DNA of 63,549 bases from NCBI GenBank assembly GCA_964522765.1, contig CAZFWZ010000001.1, positions 1 through 63,549 of the forward strand. Reading direction: 5' to 3'. A program made the translations under genes and the position numbers. Positions 1 through 9,618 of this stretch are shown here, one piece after another. The notes beneath the pieces were generated by a model, which was given only the letters and a program-made list of their open reading frames with translations, had not been told where the DNA came from and ran no database searches. Origin of the DNA: an uncultured Caulobacterales bacterium (GTDB lineage Bacteria; Pseudomonadota; Alphaproteobacteria; Caulobacterales; Maricaulaceae). How positions within the stretch are numbered: position 1 is the first letter of the stretch; the number at the start of each line of letters is the position of its first letter.

Positions 1-280
1 CCTACTCTTAAACAAGGCGGCGCCATAGGTCTATGATAGGCTTATGATTTATCTGCTATTCGTGCAATTAATGGGAGAGTGTGGCACAGTTCACACATTA
101 AACGCGCGTACCACGTCTGAAATTGTCAGGATTGCTCTATTATATCGCGCATATTGTGATTATGGAAGAAGAGTTTGTGTATCTAAGAAATTGTACATCT
201 AAAGGGCCGAAAATTAGTCCCATATTATGTCAGAGGAGGGTTTATTGTAAACGCAAAATGCTCTGTGTTTAGCTATATAG

Positions 281-673
281 TTAAGCCTGCCTTCGACGCG
301 GTGAGCCGAGGTATGCGTGAGGAGTATCTACCGATGAGAACGCCTGTATGTCATTTTTAATCGTCTGTAAAATGTTCGGGTTGTCATGTCCAATATCTGC
401 GTATTCAAGTAAAATAAGGGTTTTATATTTCAGATCTTCGAAATTGCGGGGTTGATAATTGATAATACTATCGAAATTTTTGGCCCATTTTTGCGCCTGA
501 ACTTTTTCATTTTTAATATATCTGGCTAATGTTGATTCATCCGTAGCGCTCGCACCGGGGTGCTTCTCGGAAAACTCTTCAACCTCTTGGGTCGTGGTAT
601 CTAAGCATGTTTCAACTTGCTTAATATCTTGCAGAAGGGCCTCTAAAGAGGTTTTTGTAGGAGGTAAAGTCAT
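281..673 (-). CDS. Hypothetical protein (130 aa, predicted helical) in an AT-rich segment
   Basis: ORF track; no recognisable family motif. Confidence 0.55.
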   Translation of the reverse strand: MTLPPTKTSLEALLQDIKQVETCLDTTTQEVEEFSEKHPGASATDESTLARYIKNEKVQAQKWAKNFDSIINYQPRNFEDLKYKTLILLEYADIGHDNPNILQTIKNDIQAFSSVDTPHAYLGSPRRRQA

Positions 674-835
674 TTGGAGTGCGCCCTGACGATGTATACT
701 CTGAATCGATTATCGATAATATAATTAATACTTTCATAAAATGACTGAAATTGCAATAGGTACCACTTAAAGGTGTGCCGACAAACGAGAGTTAGGTTTG
801 AATGGATTTATTTTGCTTGATACAAGCTGGCCAGC

Positions 836-1303
836 TCAACCTTGCATCTGAGGTGGATAGCCGTTCCAACGCTTAATTGTCTTCATCACGAGAGAACTTT
901 GAATACGGCTTACGTTAGGTAAGGCAGCTATCACGCGGCGATAAATCTTCTCATAGCTTTCTGTATCAGGCGCGGCGACTTTCAAGAGGTAATCTGCTGA
1001 ACCCGTCATCAGGTGGCATTCCAAAACTTCGGGCCGGGCAATGGCGGCCGATTCAAACTCGGATAGGGCTTTCTCGGATTGTGTTTCTAGGGACAGCTCG
1101 ACGTAAAATGTCATGACATAGCCGAGCGCTTGACCGTTTAACCTCGCCGCATATCGTTCAATCACGCCTCGCTCTTCGAGGAGGCCAATGCGGCGATGAC
1201 AAGCGCTTGGCGAGAGGCCGGCACTGTCTGAAATTTGCGCGATTGTTTGGCGGCAATCGGCTTGTAAAGACTCCATGATTTTTCTATCAATATTGTCAAT
1301 CAT
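836..1303 (-). CDS. Lrp/AsnC family transcriptional regulator (AldR-like)
   Basis: N-terminal HTH (IDRKIMESLQADCR...GLSPSACHRRI) and C-terminal RAM domain (PEVLECHLMTGSADYLLKV); divergent from ald. Confidence 0.95.
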   Translation of the reverse strand: MIDNIDRKIMESLQADCRQTIAQISDSAGLSPSACHRRIGLLEERGVIERYAARLNGQALGYVMTFYVELSLETQSEKALSEFESAAIARPEVLECHLMTGSADYLLKVAAPDTESYEKIYRRVIAALPNVSRIQSSLVMKTIKRWNGYPPQMQG

Positions 1304-1359
1304 GGAATATTATCCTAATATATTATTGTATGTTTGAATATTATTCAGAAAATTTCTCT
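1304..1359. promoter_or_regulatory. Putative Lrp/AldR binding sites
   Basis: GAATATTAT repeated at 1305 and 1336 (31 bp apart); palindrome TGAATATTATTCA at 1335-1347; lies between divergent lrp and ald. Confidence 0.55.
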
Positions 1360-1434
1360 AAATCAACTCATTTTCGTATGACGAAGTGACGCCATTTTGC
1401 TAAGTTGAGACATAAATCAAAGCTGGAGGTTAGA

Positions 1435-2550
1435 ATGCTCATTGGTGTGCCAAAAGAAATTAAAGTTCACGAATACCGTGTGGGTTTGACGCCGGAGTCC
1501 GTCGAAGAGCTCGTGGTAGCGAAACAAGAGGTCATCGTAGAAACAGGCGCAGGAGCCGGCATTGGCGCAGATGATGCGGCTTATGAAGCGGCGGGCGCAA
1601 CAATCGCACCAGATGCGGCCACTGTCTTTGCTAAAGCTGATATGATTATTAAAGTTAAAGAACCGCAGCCGCAGGAATGCGCTATGCTGCGGCAGGGGCA
1701 GATTCTTTACACTTATCTACACCTCGCGCCCGATCCAGAGCAGACCAAAGCGCTGATTAAATCAGGCGCGATTTGTATCGCTTATGAAACTGTTACGGAT
1801 GAAAGTGGCGACTTACCGCTTTTGAAACCCATGTCGCAAGTCGCGGGACGTTTAGCTGTTCAAGTCGGCGCTACGGCTTTGCAAAAAGTTGGCGGCGGCC
1901 GAGGTGTTTTGCTCGGCGGCGTGCCGGGCGTAGCCCCTGCCAAGGTTATTGTGATTGGCGGCGGCGATGTTGGATTTAATGCGGCTCAAATGGCTGTAGG
2001 TCTTCATGCTGATGTGACAATTCTAGACCGCGATAATCAAGTTATGGATGAGCTTTGCCGTTATTTTGGCGCCAGCGCTAAAATCGTGCGTTCAACACCA
2101 GCTGTCCTTAACGAGATGGTGAAAACGGCTGACCTTATCATCGGGGCTGTGCTCATTCCGGGTGCGGCGGCGCCAAAGCTTATCACGCGCGAAATGCTGG
2201 GAACAATGATGGACGGGTCAGTTTTAGTTGATGTGGCGATTGACCAAGGTGGTTGTTTTGAAACCTCCAAAGCGACAACACATGCTGACCCAACCTACAT
2301 CGTTGACGGCGTTGTTCATTACTGCGTGGCCAATATGCCGGGTGCAGTGGCGCGAACCTCTACCTATGCGCTGAACGCGGCGACGCTTGGACATGCGAAA
2401 AACATCGCGCGTCGCGGATGGAAGAAAGCTCTTAAAGCGGATCCGCATCTGCTTAATGGGCTCAACGTCTGCGAAGGTAAGCTGACTTACGCGGCTGTGG
2501 GCGAAGCTCTTGGGATTGAGACGACCGACCCTAAATCTTGCTTAAAATAA
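1435..2550 (+). CDS. ald: Alanine dehydrogenase
   Basis: MLIGVPKEIKVHEYRVGLTP, KVKEP, DVAIDQGGCFETS, HYCVANMPGAV; start moved to ATG 1435 after GGAGG. Confidence 0.97.
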   Translation: MLIGVPKEIKVHEYRVGLTPESVEELVVAKQEVIVETGAGAGIGADDAAYEAAGATIAPDAATVFAKADMIIKVKEPQPQECAMLRQGQILYTYLHLAPDPEQTKALIKSGAICIAYETVTDESGDLPLLKPMSQVAGRLAVQVGATALQKVGGGRGVLLGGVPGVAPAKVIVIGGGDVGFNAAQMAVGLHADVTILDRDNQVMDELCRYFGASAKIVRSTPAVLNEMVKTADLIIGAVLIPGAAAPKLITREMLGTMMDGSVLVDVAIDQGGCFETSKATTHADPTYIVDGVVHYCVANMPGAVARTSTYALNAATLGHAKNIARRGWKKALKADPHLLNGLNVCEGKLTYAAVGEALGIETTDPKSCLK

Positions 2551-2572
2551 GCTAATCTGCGAAGCGGGAGTT

Positions 2573-3373
2573 ATGGAAACGCCCGCTCATTTTTCCAAAA
2601 TACTAAATGACCAGCTGTCCGTACAGGCATGGCTAGACCCGCGCTTGTCGAGCTTGCCCGGAGTGCAGCCTCTCACTCGCGAGGATTGGTTGCTGCGTGA
2701 TGAGGTGTTTACGCAGCAAATGGCGTATCGAGATTGGCTGCTAATGCATCAGCGCGGCGCTGTTTTTGCGCAGACGCAGCAAGCGAATGAAGCGGCAGAA
2801 GAGCTGCGCGATATTATTATCCATGATTGCGGATTTGAGAAAAACGGTGGTCTTGTAACGCGGCCTGATGGTGTGTCTGTCGGTATTACGGCTGATGCGC
2901 CGCTCATTACTGCTGCACGTCTCACTCAATCGGATTTATGCATCTTCCAAGATGCGGGCGGGTCGCATATCCTCACCGCAGGCGTCATGTGCTTTCCGAG
3001 CTCTTGGACATTGTCTCAAAAAATGGGGCGAAATCTTGCTTCGATACATCGTCCCGTCGATGAATTTGACGAGCGCATCGCTACCTCTGTGCAGCGTATG
3101 TTTAAAGCTATCCGCATTCAGCAGCCGCTTTGGCGGGCAAATTTTCTGATTTATACAGATGCACAATTGCATCAGCCGCGCGAGGAAGGTGTAGCTAAGC
3201 CGATGGATAGCGATGCCCCGCGCTATGTACGTGTCGAGCGGCAGAGCTTTCGCCGCCTGCCTAAATCGCTTGCCGTAGTTTTCGGAATTCATACGAGCGT
3301 AATTCCCGCGAGCGCACTTTCCAAAGATGAACATGATGCGTTGCGCCAGCTTAAACCTGAGCTTGGTGGGTAG
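2573..3373 (+). CDS. DUF3445 / heme-dependent oxidative N-demethylase alpha-subunit family protein
   Basis: Motifs CFPSSW..KMG, IHRPV, WRANF, RVERQSFRRLP, FGIHT. Confidence 0.85.
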   Translation: METPAHFSKILNDQLSVQAWLDPRLSSLPGVQPLTREDWLLRDEVFTQQMAYRDWLLMHQRGAVFAQTQQANEAAEELRDIIIHDCGFEKNGGLVTRPDGVSVGITADAPLITAARLTQSDLCIFQDAGGSHILTAGVMCFPSSWTLSQKMGRNLASIHRPVDEFDERIATSVQRMFKAIRIQQPLWRANFLIYTDAQLHQPREEGVAKPMDSDAPRYVRVERQSFRRLPKSLAVVFGIHTSVIPASALSKDEHDALRQLKPELGG

Positions 3374-3385
3374 TTTCTATACGCC

Positions 3386-3414
3386 TTGCACCCATATGCA
3401 ATTATGTTCATAAT
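3386..3414 (+). promoter_or_regulatory. Sigma70-like promoter with overlapping palindrome, upstream of the aldolase gene
   Basis: TTGCAC-N17-CATAAT; palindrome ATTATG-TT-CATAAT at 3401-3414. Confidence 0.45.
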
Positions 3415-3438
3415 ACTGAAAAGATAATGGAGAGTGAT

Positions 3439-4293
3439 ATGAACGCGCAAACAGAGACATCTGCAGCCTTAAGCCAAATGTCAGGCTTTAACATTCCAGA
3501 CCCAGCTGAAGTGCCTCGCCTTGAAGGCATAGTCTCAGATGAGGAATGGGCGTGCCGGGTCAATTTGGCGGCGACATACCGTCTTTGCGCTGTCTATGGC
3601 TGGACAGATCTCGTGTTCACCCACATCTCTTACAAGCTCCCCGATGAGGTCAATGATAAAGGGGAGATGGAGGCGCGCTTTTTGATCAATCCATATGGCG
3701 TGATGTTTGACGAAATGACGGCCTCGGCGCTTGTCAAAATCGATATGAACGGCAAGGTTTGCCAAGACACACCTTATTTTATCAACCCTGCTGGTTTTAC
3801 AATTCATAGTGCGGTTCATGGTGCGCGTCACGACGCCAAATGCGTGATTCATGTGCATACGCCTTACGGCATGGCGGTATCGGCTCAGAAAAAAGGTCTT
3901 CGCCGCTACACGCAAATGTCTATGCAGGTGCAAAAAGACCTCGCCTATCACGACTATGAGGGTATTGCGCTGGAGCTCGATGAGCGCGAGCGCCTCGTGG
4001 CTAATCTTGGCGATAAATCGCTTATGATGCTTAAAAATCACGGCACGCTTACGCTTGGGGCCACTTGCGGTACGGCATTTCTGCGTATGTATTTCCTTGA
4101 GAACGCCTGCAAGGCCCAGATTCTAGCGCAAAGTGTTGGCGGGGAGGCGCATCTTCATGAAGAACCCGAAGCTATGGGTGAGCGCGTTTATCAACAAGGC
4201 GCTGCCGCTTTCGTACCGGGAATGGGTGATAATCTCGTCTGGCCCGGCCTTATGCGTAAACTTAATCGCAGCTATCCGGGATATGACCACTAA
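3439..4293 (+). CDS. Class II aldolase/adducin family protein
   Basis: RVNLAATYRL, FTHIS, FLINPYG, GFTIHSAVH, IHVHT and LKNHG metal-ligand motifs; start after GGAGAG (ORF track start 3427). Confidence 0.92.
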   Translation: MNAQTETSAALSQMSGFNIPDPAEVPRLEGIVSDEEWACRVNLAATYRLCAVYGWTDLVFTHISYKLPDEVNDKGEMEARFLINPYGVMFDEMTASALVKIDMNGKVCQDTPYFINPAGFTIHSAVHGARHDAKCVIHVHTPYGMAVSAQKKGLRRYTQMSMQVQKDLAYHDYEGIALELDERERLVANLGDKSLMMLKNHGTLTLGATCGTAFLRMYFLENACKAQILAQSVGGEAHLHEEPEAMGERVYQQGAAAFVPGMGDNLVWPGLMRKLNRSYPGYDH

Positions 4294-4341
4294 AGAGCCT
4301 GCGTTTAAGATAGGCCTCGTTAACCATATTTCTGCTAAGTT

Positions 4342-4818
4342 ATGCATATGATTCGCGTAGCTCTTACTATCTCTGTTTTGACCCTTACAGCTTGCGCTAG
4401 CAGGCCAGGGGGTGTGTATCCGGGTTATCAGCCGAGGCCGGGGCAGGGCGTGTATGTGGTTCCGCAATATTTACTGCCTGAACCAACCCAATCGCTAAGC
4501 CCTGCCGATGAATGTAATTCACTGATTTATCAAGGCCTTCTGGGTCAGCATGAGGGCAGCATTTATCTGCAAGGCCTACCCGGACGGCAGCGCATCTTAA
4601 AGCCCGCTTTTTCAGAGGACTTTGAAGTTGAGACATTTAATGGTGCGGCTCCCACGCCGCCCCTTTACGAAGTCACAGACTATATCGCAGGACAGCGCAT
4701 TTATAACCCATCAATTAACACCATTACGGACGGCTTACGTCTTGGCCCTGTCATACAAGACCGTTTGACACTTGAGCTTGATGAGGATGGCTATGTACAG
4801 GATGTGCGCTGCGAGTAG
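4342..4818 (+). CDS. Lipoprotein with peptidase inhibitor I78-like domain and long loop insertion
   Basis: Lipobox LTAC; ECNSLIYQGLLGQ...RILKP...DRLTLELDEDGYVQDVRC resembles the I78 pattern. Confidence 0.6.
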   Translation: MHMIRVALTISVLTLTACASRPGGVYPGYQPRPGQGVYVVPQYLLPEPTQSLSPADECNSLIYQGLLGQHEGSIYLQGLPGRQRILKPAFSEDFEVETFNGAAPTPPLYEVTDYIAGQRIYNPSINTITDGLRLGPVIQDRLTLELDEDGYVQDVRCE

Positions 4819-5656
4819 GTTTAGACAGGATTTTTAGCAGCTTCAGCACATCTGTTTGTGCCTGTATCTGCTGATAAGCTGGCCCAATGAGCTTACGCGT
4901 GCGCGGCGTCATTAGCTTACCATATGTTGCAAGAATTTGCTCACGCGTAAGCCGGTGGGCTGCCATAGATATGAGCGTCCCGTAAAGATAGGGCAATTCC
5001 TCTTCATCGGATTGATTGGAGGATAAAAGTGAGACGGGTGTCCAGTTTTTTGGACTTCCGCCTTGGGATAACGCTAACAGGGTAAACCCGACACCCATGT
5101 GACAGGCTGTCATTTGAACGAGCTTTTCTATCGACTCTGATCCAAATTCAGCAGGCGGATGTTTGGCGTAAATTTTAAGTAAGGCAAATTGAGGTAAAAT
5201 TGTTTTAGCAAAATAGCCCGCTTCCGCGCAGCGCCTTGGATCGTAAAAAAACGTTGGACGTCCAAAGTAATCAACAAAATAGCCGGGATATTGGTTTTCT
5301 ATCCATACGTTTGATATCAAGGGCGTCAAAGATTGGCCATTGGCAGGGCTCGACCCTGCTTGAATTATCATTTTGGCGGCATGCTGTAATTTGGCTTTAT
5401 TGCCATTGGGAGCCACTTGCACAGACCAGTTTTCCATTTGGCAAACTTTGGAAAGATAAGCGATTTCAGCGTCCGCCCAAGCAAAGATTGTACGCGGATC
5501 ATTTTCGCCCCAGCACCGTTCATCTATGCGTTGTTCAGGCTTGATTATTTTAGGTACAGCTTGTTTGACGGGAGCGCCATATTGAGCGGTAAGCCAGATT
5601 ATCATATCAAAAAAAGTAGCGACGGTTTCGTCGTCCAATGCCGTACTCTTGAGCAT
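4751..5656 (-). CDS. Hypothetical protein, possibly a degenerate zinc-metallopeptidase-like fold
   Basis: 301-aa ORF with globular composition; overlaps the convergent lipoprotein gene by 68 nt. Confidence 0.7.
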   Translation of the reverse strand: MLKSTALDDETVATFFDMIIWLTAQYGAPVKQAVPKIIKPEQRIDERCWGENDPRTIFAWADAEIAYLSKVCQMENWSVQVAPNGNKAKLQHAAKMIIQAGSSPANGQSLTPLISNVWIENQYPGYFVDYFGRPTFFYDPRRCAEAGYFAKTILPQFALLKIYAKHPPAEFGSESIEKLVQMTACHMGVGFTLLALSQGGSPKNWTPVSLLSSNQSDEEELPYLYGTLISMAAHRLTREQILATYGKLMTPRTRKLIGPAYQQIQAQTDVLKLLKILSKPTRSAHPVHSHPHQAQVSNGLV

Positions 5657-5695
5657 TCCATCATCCCACGTTGATGCGCCGCCTACGCATTCACC

Positions 5696-7585
5696 TCATC
5701 CAAATCCCTCGTTTTGTTTCGCGTGCTCATAGGTTTCTAACGCTATAAGCCACTCATCTTCGAGGGTCTCCACCATCTTCGTACTGACTACGCGCTCTTT
5801 ACCGAGTGTTACAGCTTTCTCGGGGTTTATGGTAAACAGGTCAGTAACACTTAGCTGTTGGTCGATGTCGGCGAGTTTAGACTTTTGGGCGGTAATTTTT
5901 TTCTCTATGGCCTCGACCTTGCGTTTAAGCGGGGCAATACGTTTGCGGGCATCAGCGGCATTTTTACGATTTTGTTTGGCAATCGGAAGGGGTTTGTTTT
6001 TAACTCGCCTTGCGCTGCGGTCTGTTTCAAGTTGCTCCTTACGGTAGTCTTCAAGGCTGCCGTCATAAGGGGTTACTGTACCGTCTTTGACGACCCAAAG
6101 GCGGTCGACAACAGACTCGAGCAAATTACGGTCATGACTAATAATCAGAACCGCGCCCGTATAGGCATTCAGTGATTTTATCAGTTCGGCGCGGCTGTCC
6201 ATATCAAGGTGATTTGCGGGCTCATCCAGTACAAGTAGGTGAGGGGCGTTAAAGCCAATGAGTGAGAATAGGAGCCGTGCTTTCTCGCCGCCGGACAGGT
6301 CGCCTGCTGGCGTCTCGCTATTTTTCTCACCAAGACCAAAGCTGGCGAGCCGTGCGCGGCGCTGAGCTTCAGTGGCATCGGGCATCAGTTCGCGTACGTG
6401 GTCATAGGCACTTTCGCGCGGATTGAGCCTATCTATCTGGTGTTGCGCGAAATATCCAATTTCTAGCTTTTTATGGCGCTTGATAAAGCCGTCTTGAGCC
6501 TCGAGTATGCCTAGTATCCCTTTAGCAAAAGTCGATTTACCCTCGCCGTTTTTACCCAAAAGCCCAATCCGATCATCAGAGTCAATACGCAGGTTAAGAC
6601 GCTTTAGGACGGGGATGTCTTCGCTATAGCCAAGCTGCGCGTCGTCAAAACGTACAATGGGCGGGGAGAGGGAACGTTCAGGCCCTTCTAGGCGTATGGG
6701 CGCAATTGGGTCGTTCACAATAGTGGAGACAGGGATCATTTTCTCAAGCCGTTTAATACGCGATTGCGCTTGGCGAGCCTTATTGGCTTGGGCCCGAAAG
6801 CGCGTGACAAAACTTTCAAGATGTCGGCGCTCATCATCTTGTTTTGCGCGAAGGGCCATGTTGAGGCGAATTTGCTCTGCGAGTTGACGCTCAAAATTGT
6901 TATAGCCGCCCGCATACCCAAAGAACTTGCCTTCACGGAGATGCGCAATATGCGTGACAGCAGAATTAAGAAAATCTCTGTCATGAGAAATAATAAAACA
7001 CGTGCCGGGATAAGTGCGAATATGCTGCTCTAGCCAGACTGCACCCTCTACATCAAGGTAGTTGGTCGGCTCGTCCAAGAGCAAAATATCAGGTTCAGCA
7101 AATAACATTGCGGCGAGGGCGACGCGCATGCGCCAACCGCCGCTAAAATCAGAGCAGGGCTTAAGCTGCTCTTGTGCATCAAAGCCCAGGCCTGAGAGAA
7201 TAATCGCGGCGCGGGACTCTGCTGAATAAGCATCAATATCAGACAGGCGCGTGTGAATAGCGGCGATACGCATAGGGTCTGCGGCTGTTTCTGCTTCGGC
7301 CATGAGCGCTGTGCGTTCTTTATCGGCGACAAGTACAGTTTGAATAAGGCTTTCAGGCCCAGAGGGGACTTCTTGGTCAACCGCGCCAAGCCGGGCGCCT
7401 TTTCGAAGGTTGATTGATCCATCGTCAGCTCCTACACCGTCTTTAATTAGGTTGAAAAGCGTTGACTTGCCTGTGCCGTTTCGCCCGACCAAACCAACCT
7501 TTTGGCCCTCGCTAATTGCAAGAGTGGCTTGGTCAAACAGCACGCGGCCTTCGATGCGATATGTCAGGTCATTAATATGAAGCAC
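5696..7585 (-). CDS. ABC-F family ribosome-associated ATPase (YheS-like)
   Basis: Two ABC domains (GRNGTGKST/FSGGWRMR/LLLDEPTN; GKNGEGKST/LSGGEKAR/VLDEPANH), no TM segments, C-terminal coiled coil; start moved to GTG 7585 after AGAGGA. Confidence 0.93.
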   Translation of the reverse strand: MLHINDLTYRIEGRVLFDQATLAISEGQKVGLVGRNGTGKSTLFNLIKDGVGADDGSINLRKGARLGAVDQEVPSGPESLIQTVLVADKERTALMAEAETAADPMRIAAIHTRLSDIDAYSAESRAAIILSGLGFDAQEQLKPCSDFSGGWRMRVALAAMLFAEPDILLLDEPTNYLDVEGAVWLEQHIRTYPGTCFIISHDRDFLNSAVTHIAHLREGKFFGYAGGYNNFERQLAEQIRLNMALRAKQDDERRHLESFVTRFRAQANKARQAQSRIKRLEKMIPVSTIVNDPIAPIRLEGPERSLSPPIVRFDDAQLGYSEDIPVLKRLNLRIDSDDRIGLLGKNGEGKSTFAKGILGILEAQDGFIKRHKKLEIGYFAQHQIDRLNPRESAYDHVRELMPDATEAQRRARLASFGLGEKNSETPAGDLSGGEKARLLFSLIGFNAPHLLVLDEPANHLDMDSRAELIKSLNAYTGAVLIISHDRNLLESVVDRLWVVKDGTVTPYDGSLEDYRKEQLETDRSARRVKNKPLPIAKQNRKNAADARKRIAPLKRKVEAIEKKITAQKSKLADIDQQLSVTDLFTINPEKAVTLGKERVVSTKMVETLEDEWLIALETYEHAKQNEGFG

Positions 7586-7685
7586 AATTTCCTCTAAGGA
7601 GGTGACTATCACGGCTTCACATTGGGTCAAGTCACAGCTATAGAGCGGCCAAACCTAAACGCTATCGCCACAACAGGAGTTTCCC

Positions 7686-8108
7686 ATGGCCGTGCAACGT
7701 ACATTTTCTATCATTAAGCCTGACGCCACAAAGCGTAATATAACTGGCAAAGTAAACGCTAAAATCGAAGAAGCTGGTCTTCGTATCGTCGCGCAAAAGC
7801 GTGTCCATCTCTCTAAGGAACAAGCTGGCGGTTTTTATGCTGTGCATAGTGAACGCCCGTTTTATAATGACCTTGTGAATTTCATGATGTCTGGCCCAGT
7901 TGTGGTGCAGGTTCTTGAAGGCGAAAACGCCATAGCGCGTTACCGCGAGGTCATGGGCGCGACAAACCCCGCCGAAGCGGATGCAGGCACAATACGTGCG
8001 GAATTTGCTGAGAGCATTGACGCCAATACGGTGCATGGATCAGACGCGCCTGAAACAGCGGCTGAAGAAATCAAGTTCTTCTTTACTGACGCTGAAATTG
8101 TTGGCTAA
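7686..8108 (+). CDS. ndk: Nucleoside diphosphate kinase
   Basis: [27 protein letters not shown]. Confidence 0.98.
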   Translation: MAVQRTFSIIKPDATKRNITGKVNAKIEEAGLRIVAQKRVHLSKEQAGGFYAVHSERPFYNDLVNFMMSGPVVVQVLEGENAIARYREVMGATNPAEADAGTIRAEFAESIDANTVHGSDAPETAAEEIKFFFTDAEIVG

Positions 8109-8129
8109 CTTAAATGAAATTTAGATGTG

Positions 8130-8158
8130 AAAAAGGCCGGGTTACCCCGGCCTTTTTT
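8130..8158. terminator. Bidirectional intrinsic terminator
   Basis: AAAAAGGCCGGG-TTAC-CCCGGCCTTTTTT between convergent ndk and tadG-like genes. Confidence 0.9.
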
Positions 8159-8178
8159 GTATTTTGATATTTAAAAGA

Positions 8179-9552
8179 TTAATAGCTTAGACGAACTACC
8201 TCTTCAATAATTGTTTCCCCGATAACGTGGAAGGCTTCTTCGAGTGACTCGACATCATTAGCAGCCACAAAATCATCAGCAGATGAGGCGCAATCCGCTA
8301 ACATGGCATAAGCGGCCGTCGTCGTGTTCTGGTCAATAGTCTGCGTTTGTACATAGCCGGGGCCATAATTTGTCATGTAAGTGCCCGGTTCCAGAGCAAA
8401 ACCAATCGTGAAGACGCGAACTCCTTGAGCTTTCATCGCCGCGCAAGAATTTTTTGAATCGCGGTCAGCAGGAATAATATATTCCCCTTCTTCCCAATTC
8501 CCATAGCCGTTTATAATACCTGGGCGGGTATCGCTGCTATAAAGTCCATACCAGCATCTAAATTTGTTACACTTTCGGCCTAACCATAGTCCTGTGCCAT
8601 GTTTCGGAAACCACTGATTGGTACCGCTGTTTTGGCCATCCGTCATAAAAATCATGTAACGTAAGGGATTATCTTCATTCGTTTCCATCTCATGAATATC
8701 GTTTTCATCTGCTAACCACTCCCATGCTTGAGCTATCGGAGGTGCAGAATTTGTTGAACCAGACGGTGACATGGCGTCGATATCAGAGTTGCTAATAATC
8801 CCCCACTCCATATCTACAGTTCTATTATTTATAATCGAGTCGTCATATGGAATCATGCCTGTACGCAAAACACGCTTACCGGTAACAGCCTGAGGGCCGA
8901 CAACGTTATCTATAATCGCCATGAAGTCCTCTACACTGTCTTTAAGGCCATCAATACGGCGTTCAGCGCCGCTTGGCGAACTGCAATTAGAAAAAGAATT
9001 ACAATTCGCGGGCGTGTCGTCCCATGACATCGAGCCTGAGTTATCAAGCACGAGTGCTATAGAGGCTGGGTTTTTAATTTGAAGATTTTTAAATTTGGCT
9101 GTGGCTTCGCTGCTGAAATCTATCGTCTCAAATTTCTTATTAAACATGGACATGAAAGCCGTTTCAACCTTGCCAGAGACTTTTACTGTGACTTCACCAA
9201 TGTGCTCATCGTAAGTGGCGACAATTTTAACATTCTCATTTCCGCCGTGCACGGAATACGGAAAGCTAAACCCTGCTTCATCACCTTTGTAAGTAACGCC
9301 GTGCATATAACCTTCGTCTGAGTTTTGAGGAAGACGTTCATTATTAGAGTAGAAAACTGCCGCTTGCAGGGCGACTTGGTCGGCTGCCGATTGGGCCGTC
9401 GTAGACACACGTGAAGATGAAGCGACGTCAATTCCTGCCCCGAGGGCCATCAAAGACACAGTTAGGCCAAGAGCCCAAACAACCGTTAAGTTACCTTGTG
9501 TATCTTTTTTAAATCGCGTCCACAAACCGCGTTGTTGTAACAATTTAGACAT
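8179..9552 (-). CDS. TadG-like pilus-associated protein with vWA domain
   Basis: Pilin-like N-terminus (FKKDTQG/NLTVVW...GIDV...QSAAD); MIDAS motif LVLDNSGSM; IFMTDG; VFTIGF. Confidence 0.88.
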   Translation of the reverse strand: MSKLLQQRGLWTRFKKDTQGNLTVVWALGLTVSLMALGAGIDVASSSRVSTTAQSAADQVALQAAVFYSNNERLPQNSDEGYMHGVTYKGDEAGFSFPYSVHGGNENVKIVATYDEHIGEVTVKVSGKVETAFMSMFNKKFETIDFSSEATAKFKNLQIKNPASIALVLDNSGSMSWDDTPANCNSFSNCSSPSGAERRIDGLKDSVEDFMAIIDNVVGPQAVTGKRVLRTGMIPYDDSIINNRTVDMEWGIISNSDIDAMSPSGSTNSAPPIAQAWEWLADENDIHEMETNEDNPLRYMIFMTDGQNSGTNQWFPKHGTGLWLGRKCNKFRCWYGLYSSDTRPGIINGYGNWEEGEYIIPADRDSKNSCAAMKAQGVRVFTIGFALEPGTYMTNYGPGYVQTQTIDQNTTTAAYAMLADCASSADDFVAANDVESLEEAFHVIGETIIEEVVRLSY

Positions 9553-9618
9553 CTACTCATCCACCCAAAACTCGCCTCTCCATCAGAAGCTATTGGATAC
9601 GACTTACTGTAGAAAAAC

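Noticed and set aside
117-129. Short lux-box-like palindrome CTGA-AATTG-TCAG
   Set aside because: Too short to be significant, with no identifiable target gene or LuxR in the window
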